A stretch of DNA of 63,702 nucleotides, the filler included, from Stramenopiles sp. TOSAG23-6 (Eukaryota): NCBI GenBank assembly GCA_900128565.1. It is 7 parts of 7 records of this genome, joined end to end, with 100 filler letters (N's around TTAATTAATTAA, not from the genome) between each part and the next. Parts side by side here need not be neighbours in the genome. Positions count along the whole stretch, not along the records: positions 45,629 to 54,619 come from LT636401.1; positions 54,720 to 63,702 come from LT636402.1; 5 more parts are not named here. The stretch is one strand, 5' to 3'. The notes below the pieces were generated by a model. That model had not been told where the DNA came from. It was given only the letters and a program-made list of their open reading frames with translations, and made no database searches. Below are positions 49,056 through 61,612 of the stretch, piece by piece (positions within the stretch are counted from its first letter, which is position 1; each line of letters opens with the position of its first letter). The translations under genes were made by a program, and so were the position numbers.

Positions 49056-50351
49056 CTAGTCTGCGCCGCCTCTTCCTTTAAAATCCTCGTATCTCAAACG
49101 ACCTCCTTTGCCCTTGGCCCCTTTGACTTTACCATTATTTCCTTTCCCTCTCTTGTTCAAGAAACCATTCGCGTGTTTACCTTCAAAACCAGCCCCAAGG
49201 CGTCTCTTTTTAGTTTCAGCTTTTTTATTCTGAATTGCGTGCTTACCAAACTCTCCATTGGGACCACCTCTACGACCTTTTTTTCTTTCTCTACCATCAG
49301 TACCTTTACCTTCTGCAAGTAATAATTTAGTAGCTTTCGGATTCTTCCGCTCCAGAATGTTGGCTTGCTTTTTATCATAGGCTTCTTGTTTAGTCTGTTC
49401 TACCTTGGCATTTCGTTCTTCCCATGCTTTAGCGCTTTTTTTTTTGGCGTTTTCTTTCTTCTTCAATGCTTTTCGAAGAAGCTTTGCATCATTCTTTACC
49501 TTTTCGCCCTTAGCTCGACTCATCATTGTTTCCCATACCTCAGCTTTCAAGAGTTCTTTTCCAGCACCAGATTGTTTAAGCTCTTCAACGCGGCGTTCTC
49601 GATCTTCCGCCTGTTTCAAAAGACTAGCTAAACTTTTGCCTTGTTTACTCTTACTAGATTTACCTGGGACACTACGAACCCCAGTTTTCTTATTTATATC
49701 AAGTTCATTATCTACTTTACCAAATGTAACAGACTGGAATAATAGTGAAGAAGATGATTTCTCATCTGTAGTAGTAGCGACGTTCTGGGCATCGGTAACA
49801 GGGCCAACAGAGACGTCATCTGCTTCATTTGAACTATTTTTACTTTCAGAGGTTCCATTCTTCAATGACTTCAATTTAGCATTTTTCAATTTTAATGCTT
49901 TCTTTGCAGCTTTGCGGGCAGATTTACTGGTTATTTTGGCATCTCTGCCACGTTTAACGACACCACCTCGTCCATTTTTTAAGTCCTGAATACGTTGTTT
50001 AAGACGTTCGCGAAGGGCGTCAATGGAACCCGCGGGCTCAGTTTGTACTTTATGACAACGCTGAGAACTGGCATGATTTAACTCTGCACTACCAGAAGAT
50101 TTTGTTTCGGATAACTGCTTCTTCTGAATTTCTGATACACTCTCAGTATTATCACCGTTAAACTTGGCTCGTTTGGCTTTCTTCGACGCCAATTTAAGCG
50201 CAAGCTGAGGGGCCGCCTGTTTTTTATTTTTTATAAATTTGCTTTTCCACTGCTCAGTATTCGTTTCTTGTGCTATATAATACCTAGCAGGGATCAGCTC
50301 TAACATCTGGTCGAAATAATCGCAAGTGGCCTCGATTTGAACGCCCTCCAT
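49056..50351 (-). CDS. SURF6: Surfeit locus protein 6 / Rrp14
   Basis: YFDQMLELIPARYY (RRP14-N), RAKGEKVKNDAKLLRKALKKKE..KKKSAKAWEER, GFEG. Confidence 0.9.
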   Translation of the reverse strand: MEGVQIEATCDYFDQMLELIPARYYIAQETNTEQWKSKFIKNKKQAAPQLALKLASKKAKRAKFNGDNTESVSEIQKKQLSETKSSGSAELNHASSQRCHKVQTEPAGSIDALRERLKQRIQDLKNGRGGVVKRGRDAKITSKSARKAAKKALKLKNAKLKSLKNGTSESKNSSNEADDVSVGPVTDAQNVATTTDEKSSSSLLFQSVTFGKVDNELDINKKTGVRSVPGKSSKSKQGKSLASLLKQAEDRERRVEELKQSGAGKELLKAEVWETMMSRAKGEKVKNDAKLLRKALKKKENAKKKSAKAWEERNAKVEQTKQEAYDKKQANILERKNPKATKLLLAEGKGTDGRERKKGRRGGPNGEFGKHAIQNKKAETKKRRLGAGFEGKHANGFLNKRGKGNNGKVKGAKGKGGRLRYEDFKGRGGAD

Positions 50352-50522
50352 CGTGTGGAACTATTTGAGCGTGAACTCCAAATATTATGAGAGACAACAA
50401 GGATTCAGCACTTGGAGATCACAAAGGTAGTTTGATTGAAACTGCTAAGAAATTGTACCGACTCTTTTTGAATTCGGATTTTTCTTCCGGATTTCGTGTC
50501 ATGTCAATTTTTGAATGACACA

Positions 50523-51503
50523 CAGAATTTTCTGAGGGGGGTGGCACTCTAAAAAAAAATGGTTCGATGATCATCGTTAGGGTTAGGGATAATCAGCATC
50601 GATTATGACACGTGTTGAAATGTAATATGATAATACGCTAAGAAATATTAAACAAAAAACTTTAATAAATATATAATTTACAATATTGAGAAACTTATAA
50701 CTTCAGATACATCTTCTAGATGACATTCCAATGGACCCTATGAATCAGATTTTTCATTTTCGATCTAGTTCCTTCGTTACGTCACCGAATATACAAAGAC
50801 CAGAATCTTTCTTTTGGACATCCGCATTGACAATTCAGAATACAAAATGTATCTTCTCCCACAGTTTTCGTTCAAACATCTCCAAAATTCAGATACATAT
50901 TCTATGTGATATTCCAATGGACGCTATGGAGCGGATTTTTCATTTTCGATCTAGTTCCTTTGTTAGGGGTCTCCACATATGGATACAAAACTCAAAAAAA
51001 AATCTTNGGACAGCANAAATGAGAACGTAGAATACAAAATGTATCTCCTCCCACAGTTTTCGTTCAAACATCTCCTAAATTCAGATACGTATTCTATGTG
51101 ACATTCCAATGGACGCTATGGGGCGGATTTTTGATATTTGTCCTACTTTTTGCACAATATGTCTTTACATACCACTCTTAGAAACCTACAAATGCCAACA
51201 TTTATCTAGTAGGTACACTTTACATTGTATAAAGCTCAGTTTTACAAATATCCATAATCCCTTTCAGCTTTGGTTAGCCAATAGTATACATTGAGCGCTG
51301 GTATCATTATACTGTTCAATAACATAGAAAATGTTGTCATTTGATCATTACATTGTAGATAGAAAGAATTGCAAAAAAGTGGGTGTGGACCTGGAGACTG
51401 AATATTATCATCGAACCATGTTGAATTTTTTTTATTTTTGTACCAAAATAGTATGAAAAAACGAATTTCGAATTTCAGAGTGCCACTCCCCTCGAATTTT
51501 CTG
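50523..51503. mobile_element. Putative non-autonomous TIR DNA transposon (MITE-like, ~980 bp) with ~190-bp internal tandem repeats
   Basis: Left CAGAATTTTCTGAGGGGGGTGGCACTCT vs right reverse complement CAGAAAATTCGAGGGGAGTGGCACTCT; subterminal ATGGTTCGATGAT also inverted; internal units ~50702-50887, ~50888-51078 and a partial one to ~51132. Confidence 0.75.
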
Positions 51504-51699
51504 TATATTTTATGATATTATCCCTTGATAATATTGAAATATTGACTTTATCCCAAGGGTAAAAGTCCAAAGATATCTGTGCTAGCATTAGCAACCGCCT
51601 GTTCTTTTAATATATATTACTTGAATTTCGCTGAAATTCTAGCACCAATAAATAGAAATAGAGACTGTGAAGCTTCGGTGTATCTCCAGTTAGAAAAAA

Positions 51700-52086
51700 A
51701 TGTCGTTTGACTATCCATACCAAAACATGGATAGCAGCAAACCTGAACGTTCACGTCAGTTTCAGGTTTTGTCTACTATGAACGACGAACAATATGATGC
51801 AGCTCGTCTCCAAGATGCTCGAAAAGTTGCGGAAGATACTAGTGATATGAAAGAGATGATGTCGGATCTTGGTCTTCTTATTAGAGACCAAGGAACAATT
51901 ATCGGTGGAATTGAAGAAGAGTTTGCCACAGCAACAGAAAATACGCAAGGTGCACAAAATGAGTTGATAAAGGCAGCTGAAAGAGATAACATGCGCCGTA
52001 GACGGAAATTGATGTGCTATACATGTGGAGGTATTGTTCTACTCATATTAGTGATTTATATATACACGCACGTCTTCAACAAATAG
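51700..52086 (+). CDS. Minimal syntaxin-like Q-SNARE (SNARE motif plus TM)
   Basis: MSDLGLLIRDQGTIIGGIE...GAQNELIKA, basic patch, C-terminal TM. Confidence 0.8.
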   Translation: MSFDYPYQNMDSSKPERSRQFQVLSTMNDEQYDAARLQDARKVAEDTSDMKEMMSDLGLLIRDQGTIIGGIEEEFATATENTQGAQNELIKAAERDNMRRRRKLMCYTCGGIVLLILVIYIYTHVFNK

Positions 52087-52349
52087 TTACTAATTCTCTT
52101 ACATTAGATAAAATTTGTTAGGTACAAAATTCCGTACGAAAAATAAATTCGAGGAATAAAAAAAAAACACAAAAAGCGGGCTAACCCTACCTAACCTTAG
52201 ACATTTTCCAACTTCTCTTGTTAAAGAGTGGCTGTTATGGATTAAATGTATATATTCAAAATCATATGGAAATACGTTTCTTTATAAAAATACAACAATT
52301 TTTTATACAAATTTTCATACGATTTTTCATATTTTCTAGTCTATATTTT

Positions 52350-53123
52350 TTAGTGATGACCCATCAACTTATCTATAAGGACGGAAAACAGTGCAAAACC
52401 ACCAGCAGATATTGCCATTCCAGTAGGACCTGATTTCAGTCCAACTCCAGCACCAGCTATCAAACCAGCACCAACGGAATTGTACAAATCATGTTTTCCA
52501 CGGATTTTAGTAATAACATGATCAGTACCTCCCCAGACCGCACTGATTCCTGCAAAATTCCTACTCATGGAACTCATTTTTGCTCTACTCTTTATTCCAC
52601 TTGCTCTAAGTTCTTGTTTCCAAGTACGAGGGGGGAGCTCTTTTCCATCCTTCATTAGTGGCGGTGGAGCGGCATTGTCTAGCGCACTCATGAAAAAACC
52701 TAAACCAACTCCCATTACGCCTCCAATAACCGCATTAATAACAATCTTTACTATTGTGTTTTCCATCAGCCTACTAAAATCAGATGGTACACCATTATTC
52801 CAAAGGCGTCTATTTGGCATACTAAGTAAAGCTGGTTTTAATTTCAATGTACCTGGTTCAAAGAGTGGCATACCACTAAAACCGACAGGGGGTATATCAC
52901 TCACAATAGGACGCCCACCAAATGTCCAACTTGGGAATCCACACGAATTTGGTGTCAATCCTGGTAAAGTACGGGATGGTACAGAAAGTTCGCGTGTATC
53001 ATCCGCAGGATTTGAAGCAACAGGTGCGTAACTACGTCTAAACTTTTCGCATGCACTTGTTGGGGCATTTAGAAGTTCTTTTAAAAGTAATGGCCCATTC
53101 GGCAAATTAAAAGGAGTGGCCAT
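52350..53123 (-). CDS. TIM22: Mitochondrial inner-membrane translocase Tim22 (Tim17/22/23 family)
   Basis: ME..IVK.VI..V.GG.MG..LG.F, RNFA, IRGKHDLYNSVGAG, GGFALFS..ID. Confidence 0.82.
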   Translation of the reverse strand: MATPFNLPNGPLLLKELLNAPTSACEKFRRSYAPVASNPADDTRELSVPSRTLPGLTPNSCGFPSWTFGGRPIVSDIPPVGFSGMPLFEPGTLKLKPALLSMPNRRLWNNGVPSDFSRLMENTIVKIVINAVIGGVMGVGLGFFMSALDNAAPPPLMKDGKELPPRTWKQELRASGIKSRAKMSSMSRNFAGISAVWGGTDHVITKIRGKHDLYNSVGAGLIAGAGVGLKSGPTGMAISAGGFALFSVLIDKLMGHH

Positions 53124-53467
53124 GGCAGATATAAAAACAATTCAATAGCAAAAGATGAATAATACTTTGCTTAAATATTATATTAATGTGAGTCTCGCGT
53201 AATCGGTGTGTCTACACTTTGAATAATTGTGTGAATGGATAATACGCTATTCACAATTCTTGGCCAAATCGCGAACTGAATGCGAATTTCGTAAAAAATA
53301 TAATGAGAAAAAAAGCAAGTGAAACAGGTTTGTCTCTCGCGAATGGAATGACAGATCATGACAATGTCATGATGACCGACAAAACGAAAACTTTGAGAGA
53401 TCGAGATGGCCAACAAATGAATCTGGATTGTTGCAGTGATTTTTGACAGTAATATTATTTGTCAAGA

Positions 53468-54619
53468 ATGTCTCGACCAAAGCCTCGTCAGCAACCTACA
53501 TACTTTGTTGANGTGAAAAAGGGCGAGGTAAATGAACTTCGTCAGTTATTACGTAACAAAGATGTAATGTGTATTCCAAAGCGGAAACTTGACGTCATCA
53601 AAAAGGTCATTGCCTACATGACTCTAGGTATTGACGTATCGAGACTTTTCTCGGAAATGATAATGGCTTCAAGTTCAAAGGATATTGTCGTTAAGAAAAT
53701 GGTATATCAGTATATCTGTCATTATGCTGAAGTCAACGAAACTTTGGCGATTCTGTGTATTAATACTCTTCGAAACGACTGTAAAGATGATGATCCTGTG
53801 ATTAGAGGTCTCGCACTGAGAGCCCTCAGTGGAATGCGCCTTGAAAGTACCGTTGAATATCTCCATGAACCTCTCCTTAAAATGCTTAAGGATCAATCAG
53901 CGTATGTTCGTAAGACAGCTGTAATGGCTGTCCTTAAAATGTATCATGTATCCCCGGAATATGTTACAGGTGAAGGTAGTAGTCTCGTTGACACTCTCTA
54001 CGATATGATTTCAGATCGAGACACGACTGTTGTAACTAACGCAATTGTAGCCTTAACTGAGATCATGCAAAAAGGAGGAAATGGTGGTGACGGTGGAGGT
54101 ATTGCAATCAACCAAGCAATCATACATCACCTTCTGAAACGTATTAAGCAATTTAATGAATGGGGACAATGCATCGTTTTAGGACTTGTTTGTCAATATA
54201 AACCGGCGTCTGATCAAGAAATGTTTGACATTATGAATCTTCTTGATAATTGTCTCCAGGTTGCTAATCCTGCTGTAGTCATCGCTGCTACAAAATGTTT
54301 TTTGAACATAGGAAAATATTTAGGAGGAGATTTTATCAGACAAATTTATGAAAGATTGCGGCAGCCATTGCTGACATTACTTTCAGAACCAACATTTGAG
54401 TTAACCTACACAGTTTTATCTCACATTCAAGTTTTAGTCAGGCGTAAAAACTGCCAAGGTGTGTTTGATAATGAGTTTAAACAATTCTTTTGTAGGTATA
54501 GTGAACCAACTTGTGTGAAATATATAAAGCTTGGTATACTGTCTTGTGTCGCGAATCGTACGTATTCATTATGAATTTCAAATTTATTTTTTTTTCGTAC
54601 GAAATTTTGTACCTAACAA
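53468..54619 (+). CDS. AP4B1: Beta-adaptin, AP-4 complex beta-subunit type, truncated
   Basis: KKGEVNELR, KKVIAYMTLGIDVSRLFSEM, IRGLALRAL, FNEWGQC, FDIMNLLD, FFCRYSEP. Confidence 0.8.
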
Positions 54620-54719
54620 NNNNNNNNNNNNNNNNNNNNNNNNNNNNNNNNNNNNNNNNNNNNTTAATTAATTAANNNNNNNNNNNNNNNNNNNNNNNNN
54701 NNNNNNNNNNNNNNNNNNN

Positions 54720-57700
54720 CATACGAAATTTCATACCTAACGATTTTTTTTTGAAATATTTTTTCACAATACGTGCATCGGCAAATAATGGTGATAAAAA
54801 AGAGGGTGGTGTGAAAGAAAAAAATGTTTTATTAGTTCTAGAAAATAGTAATGCTCCAACAGAAGGTATACAAATGGTCCATTTACGTGACGCATGGAAA
54901 ACTAATGTTGAAGGTTGGCTTCCCGTATCTATAAAAGGAATGCCTGATTTAATGAGAATAATAACAATCGATGAAGCCGAAAAACAACCTCCTCCAATGC
55001 CTGTTATAAAGAAACTAGATGTAGAAGCGGTAAAAACGAGCACATTAAAAAGTATTAAAGCAGGTGCTGCTATTGTTGTTGTTTTTGAATCTGGTATTGG
55101 TTGGCGTAAATCTGCAGAGAAAGACGACCGAGGTAACGGAAGTGTCGCTACGAAAGATGTTTTATTAGTTCTAGAAAATAGTAATGCTCCGACAGAAGGT
55201 GTACAAATGGTTCATGTACGCGATGCATGGAAAACTAATTTTGAAGGTTGGCTTCCTGTTTCTATAGAAGGGATGTCTGATTTAATGAGAATAATAACAG
55301 TCGATGAAGCCGAAAAACAACCACCAGTAGTTTTAAAAGAAGAGTTAATAAAAGACATTATCTTTTTAGCAGTGAAGAAAAGTTTATTTGCTAAAATTTA
55401 TACGGGTGCTGTAGTTGAAATTATCATTCAGAGTGGTATTGGTTGGCGTAAGTCTGATGATATGAGAAATAAGGGCGAAGGTGGTGTAAAGCAAGGTACA
55501 AAATTGTTGGTTCTGGGTGATAGTATAAAAGAAGAGGGAAACAATGATTCGCGAATGATTCATGTGCGCGATGCTTGGTCAACGAAACTGCCAAAGAAGG
55601 AGGGGTGGATTCCAATTACTGGCCCAAACCAGATGCCTCTCGTTCGTTTACTTGATTATGCCGAAGCTAAAGCAATGTCGCCTTTGACAGAAAGAGTGTT
55701 TGAGGATAATCAAGACGAAGAAGAAGATGATGACGAAGAAGAAGAAATCGAAATTATTCCTGAGGGTTGTAGTGGTAGTCGGTTTTGGAACCCATGCAGA
55801 AATGGTTCTGTATGCCATGATTTCGTAGGGTACTATACGTGTGAATGTCCCAAGGGTTATACTGGACATGATTGTCAAACTGATATTGATGATTGTGGTT
55901 CTCGACCTTGTGCCAACGGAGCTACATGTATCGATGGTATTGCATCTTATACATGTGAATGTTTGCCAGGATATACAGGTATTCAATGCAAAGTTGATAT
56001 TGATGAATGTAAATCAAATCCGTGTCAGAATGACAGTAAATGCATTGAAGGTGTTAATACATTTAGGTGTGAATGTCAACCAGGATTCGAAGGTGAAAGA
56101 TGCGAGATCGACATCGATATGTGTGCTGAATATCCTTGTTTAAATGGTGGGATTTGTACCGATATTGTACATGTACGTTTTTTTTTTTTCAATTTCGAAT
56201 TTATTTTTCTTTGTGCGAAATTTCGTACCTAACAAAACCAAATCGAAAAAATATGCAATTTCGCAATACATGACTTTGAGTGCAGTTGTATCGAAGAATT
56301 CACAGGCGATCGTTGTGAACATCATTTGGAAAATGAATCATTGATTAGTGATATACTACACACCACAGGAGAACTAAATCTAACTAAAAGTATTTTTGTT
56401 CAGAACCGTCTCAGAAGGCATATTCGAAGACTTAAGGAGGGTTTAACGCATCACGGAGTCAATGAAATCAACACCCTTCTCCCTCCCCAAGTTTATGACC
56501 CAGATCAACCAGAACCACCAGGTAGAGCAACGTGTCATCCTGGAGAATATTCAAAACTAGATGTAGATACCCTTTCTAAGCAATGTCTCCTTTGCGATGT
56601 AGGTTTCTTTTCTGAAGTTGATGATTCACCTAGTTGCTCTGAATTAACAATTTGTGAACCTGGGAAATTTATGAAGAGAGAAGGTAATTTAAAAAATGAT
56701 CGCTTATGTCTAAATTGTCCAGATGGAAAATTTACATCTGAACAAAATTCGCGAGTTTGCAAGGATTGGACTATTTGTGCTCTCGGCACTTTTGTTCACA
56801 AAGAACCATTTTCGTCTAGTGATAGAGAATGTGTTTCTTGTGAAAGTGGCAAGTATACTGATAAAGTAAATAAACATAGATGTAAAAAATGGACTGAATG
56901 CAGTGCACCATTACGAATGCAGACAGAGTTGCCATCTCTTTCATCAAACAGAAAATGCACGAGTTGCCCTTACGGACATTTTTCTTCAAAAAATAATTCT
57001 GTTAGTTGTGAAATTAGCCGCTTACCTAAAAGAATGACGAAGAGAGAGCGAGAAGAATTTGGTCTTGATACTGCTGTTGGGAAATGTTCCGACCCAAGTA
57101 TATCTACAGAACAAAATTGTACTGGTGGATACTGCAGTGATCCTAAAATGATAAATATGGAGGATTGTGTAAGTAGTTGCACCATCGAAGAATATGATTA
57201 TGAAGAATATTGCTTGAACGGACACGATGGTGCACAATGGATATTTCGAGATTGGATGCCTCGTAAGTGGGAAGTAATCACGTGGAAGACTTGTGGAGGC
57301 GGTACATATATGAGTAGCGAAGGCACTGTGTCCACTGATCGTATATGCACCAAATGCCCAGATGGAACATTTGTTGAAACGCCTATTTCTATCGAAGCTG
57401 CGAACAAACGACGTTGTGAGCCATGGCAGACCTGTAAACCCGGAACTTTCTTGTCAAGTGAAGGCTCTGGAACATCAGATCGAGTGTGTTTAGATTGTAA
57501 TGAAGGTCGATACACGAAAACGTCAAATGAAAATAATTGTGCGTTTTGGAGTAATTGCCAAATAGGCGAGTTCATTGTTCTTGCAGGAACTAAGAATAGA
57601 GATAACACGTGCTTGGAATGCAAAAAAGGAACATTTGGTAAATCTCCTAATATAACAAAATGTGATTCTCATACTAGATGTGAACCAGGCTCATTTATCA

Positions 57701-60700
57701 GTGTTGCAGGAACTTCTACTAAAGATGCAATGTGTAGGTAATNTTTTNTTTTTTTTNAANTTTTNTTTTTTTTCGTACGAAATGTTGTACCTAACGATTC
57801 TTTTTGAAATATTTTTCCAAAATACAGCCCCTGCCCTGCAAAAACATGGTCTGGAAAGGCCAACGAAATAGAATGTAAACCGTGGAGTGTTTCAAAATGT
57901 GATGCTGGATTTTACATTCAAACACACGGTAGTAATTCGACTGATTATGAATGTAAAGAATGCAAAATAGGGTTCTACAATGACAACGAAAATAGTACAG
58001 AATGTAAAAGATGGACAACTTGTATTAAGGGGGAATTTGTTTCAATTGCTGGAAGCTCTATATCAGACCAATATTGTAAACAATGTGAAACAGGTACCTG
58101 TAGCGGCACAACATCAGTCTTTGCATGTAATGACCCTCGCATGCCTCACCATTCAACAGAAAAGAGTTTATGCACCGAAATACTTGGATGCGAATGGAAT
58201 AAAAATGCTCCGAAGGACGCAAATGGATTTCAGTGGGGTTGTAATGGAACCCCAACTCCCTGTGAAGAATTTACAAATGATGAAAACAAATGTCTTTCTC
58301 AAAAAGGTTGTCAGTGGGAATACGTCAAATATCCAGTTGTCCCTTCATTTACCACAGGTGTAAATCACTCTAAGTGTAACGCGTGGAGAGATTGTAAATT
58401 GGGTACTTATGTTAAAACAATTGGAACGCGTTTTGAAAATCGCAATTGTGCCGGTTGTCCTCTTGGTCGATTTTCCCACCACATGAATATGCGAGTTTTG
58501 CGCACAGGTAAACATCGTAATTGTTCTCTCCGTAAAGTAGGAAACGTTTTAGTTGAACCAAAGTGCACTTTATCACACGAAGATATTTACGAATGTTATG
58601 AATGGAAGACTTGTTTAGCCCCACTTGAATATATGAAAAGGAATGGTAGTTCTCAAGAAGATCGACAGTGTGGAACTTGTCCAGAAAATCACTTTTCAAC
58701 TGAAGATAACCACACTTCTTGTGAACCACGTGTATCCTTTGCCAATAGTTCAATCCCTTTGGAACGAGCACCATCATTTTCCAATGCCGGAGGATTCATT
58801 GTATCGCCAGATGATGTGACTGGTTGGGGCAAAACGGTGACCGTTGGTAATTTCGGATTTCACCAGAGTGACAGTGGTGCATTTTTAGTGGACCATTTAG
58901 AACGACCAACTGTCCCTCCAACTTCTTTTACCAATGTTACTAAAATTTGGGAAGAGCGTGATTGTGTTGATCATGTATTACAGAAAGGCGATCGGCTCGT
59001 TGAAGTCAATGGTGTTCCTCTAGGTTCACGTTCGTTTTCATTATGAATTCCAAATTTATTTTTTTTCTCACAATTTTAAACCTAACGATTTTCTTCAAAA
59101 ATATTTTCACAATACATACTCGTTTTGGTCATTTCTGAAACAGAAAGACTTATTACTAGATACGTTTAAAGAGGAAGCAACTGTTGAGAAAATTGCTAAA
59201 TTTGAACTCTCCAAACTTTTAGCTGACATTGAAGCTGCAAAAGCAGCTATTTCTATCGCAGCGGCAAATTTGTCTAATCGAGCCCCAACCATCGAAGATC
59301 TGGAGAAGGACTCTACTTTACGCATCCCCCCCAGTAGTTTTGCCACTCCACTTTTACAAAAGAAAGTAATATCTGTAGAGATTGACACAGCAATTAAATT
59401 AGCAAATGAGTTGATGGAGAAACTTGCTGAATCAAAGCCAAACATGAAACAAGTAAATAGTGAGGACTCCAATGATAAAGATACCGAGGATGGACATGTA
59501 GGTGAACAAGTAAATAATGAGGACACCAAATATAAAGATACCGAGGATGAACATGTAAGTGATGTTGTCATAGCTAGTATTGATTCGGAATGGGTTGAAT
59601 ATTTTGATGATACTAGTGGAAGACCATATTACTACAACAAAAAAAGTAATGAAACTACATGGGATAAACCAATTCAAACGAAACACACAAAAAATAATGG
59701 TATCCCGAAGGAGAAGAAACTTAAGCAAAATTTAATCGGATTATCTGCATCATCTGATCGACTTCACAATGGTTTGATCCTTCCAGATTTGCAGGATGTA
59801 AAAGGGGAAACTTCAGTACTGCGTGGTTTTGTACACATAGAATATATACCTATAGAAGTTGTAGAAAATATCCAATTACTTCCAGCTTCACCGGAACGTC
59901 GTGCAGCTATTCGCAATCAACGTGAGAAACTCGAAGCAGCTCGAATTAAGAAGGAAGAAGAAGACGCAGAGGAAGAGAAACGTCGTCGTGAAGGTGTTGC
60001 ATCTAAATGGATCCGAATGGAAACAATCACGCAACGTAATGAGATACAACCTATGGTAAGTTTTATGGAGGATACGATTCCACTAACAGTTGAAAGTGAA
60101 TCTGCACGCGAAGGTTTAAAAGACAAAAACGGAAAGGGTGTTGAGTTAATCAAAGGAGATGTTCTTGAGCTTGTCAACGGTCAAAATGTTCTTACACTAA
60201 AACAGAACGAAATTTTGCGTGTAATCGGGAAATCAATGTGGCCTCGACGTTTAGTGTGGCGAAGGAAACGCAGAGATAGATATAAGGAAATCATGGCAGA
60301 TTTAGGGATTATACAAGTCTTATCACCCTCGGTGGCTGCTGGCTGCTACCCATATCGTAAAATGAGCTACGGTAACACAGAGATGCCATGCGATCCAATG
60401 CATCTTATTGTACCAAACGATATTAGTGGATGTTCCCCTCCCAAAAATCGGTTCTTCCCTGATGCTTTTAACAAGACTACACTGGCTTTAGTCCAACGCG
60501 GGTTTTGTACTATCGCTAATAAGATTGCCAAATTCGAGCACGTTGGTGCTGTCGCATTAATCAATAGTAAAGATGAGCTAGAAAAATTCCAAGGAAAAGA
60601 TTCCGATAATTATGATGTCGGAGCAGTTACAATAAATGCATTACATGGTGGTTTACTCACAGGAATTTTCCAAACAATATCTGATGCTGCAGCTATTGGA

Positions 60701-61478
60701 TATGATATCGAAATTCCCATTATTAGAATGGGTGATCCCGAAAAGTGCGGATATGTACAAAGTCACGGACAATCTGTGTGTCCGTCTCCTGATCAAGTCG
60801 CACCGATTAGTTTGACTGATAAAAACGAAGAATATCACGTTTGGGGGGCACGAGGTAAAAACAAACCTATTGAATCGCCCCGTCTTCGTGTAAATAAAGA
60901 TATTACAGGAGTGTTGTCTAGATTAGGCGGGTCGTTGCGTGTGTGGAATGCCACAGTCACTAAAGAATTTAAATATTATAGTGGTAGGTTTGGTTTGCAA
61001 GTCCCGACTACGTACGTTTTCATTTCAATTTCGAAATTAGTTTTTTTTTCGTACGAAATTTTGTAGCTAACAAATTTAAGGTTTTTTTTTTTGAAATATT
61101 TTTTCATAATCCATACCTCGTCAACTAATTGTGGCAAAAGAAGATCCCACTATGTGCAACGACATTCCAGAATTACGACGAGTAGCCGGGGGACCTGTCG
61201 TGTTGGGCAAGCGAGGTGCATGTCAGTTTGATGAAAAAGCTAGGCTTGCTACAAAAAAAAAGGCATCAGCAATGATTATCATGAACAACGAAAATAGTTT
61301 ATTTCGAATGCCATGCACACCTGGTCCTAAAGGCGGAGATAACGGAATTGAAATATCAGGTGTTTTGGTATCGTTAAAAGATGGAAAAGAGATTAACAAA
61401 ATGGTACAATCCAATGCCATCGTTCAATTTACACCTGGATCAGTGAAAGACGCACAAGGAATTGTTCACTACTCATAA
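54720..61478 (+). CDS. Giant multidomain protein, 5' truncated: 3 SH3-like repeats, Notch-type EGF repeats, TNFR/ephrin-receptor-like Cys-rich repeats, PDZ-like, WW, PDZ-like, two PA domains
   Basis: ORFs join in frame across family introns at ~56173-56271, ~57738-57827, ~59030-59117 and ~61012-61094; motifs DIDEC.SNPC.N, C..C..G.F, GDRLVEVNG, WVEYFDDTSGRPYYYN...TTWDKP, LVQRGFC, KRGACQF. Confidence 0.7.
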
Positions 61479-61612
61479 TTCGTTAGGTACAAATTTTACT
61501 ATTGAAAAAAAACAATTTGTTTTTGAANAAAAAAAAAAAAACAGCAAATAAATAGAAGAATTATTTTATTTGTATTCTAGCTAGCCCCAAAATAATAAAT
61601 AGAAAACCATTT

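Noticed and set aside
50731-51294. Short ORFs inside the MITE-like element
   Set aside because: Derived from internal tandem repeats; no transposase motifs recognised
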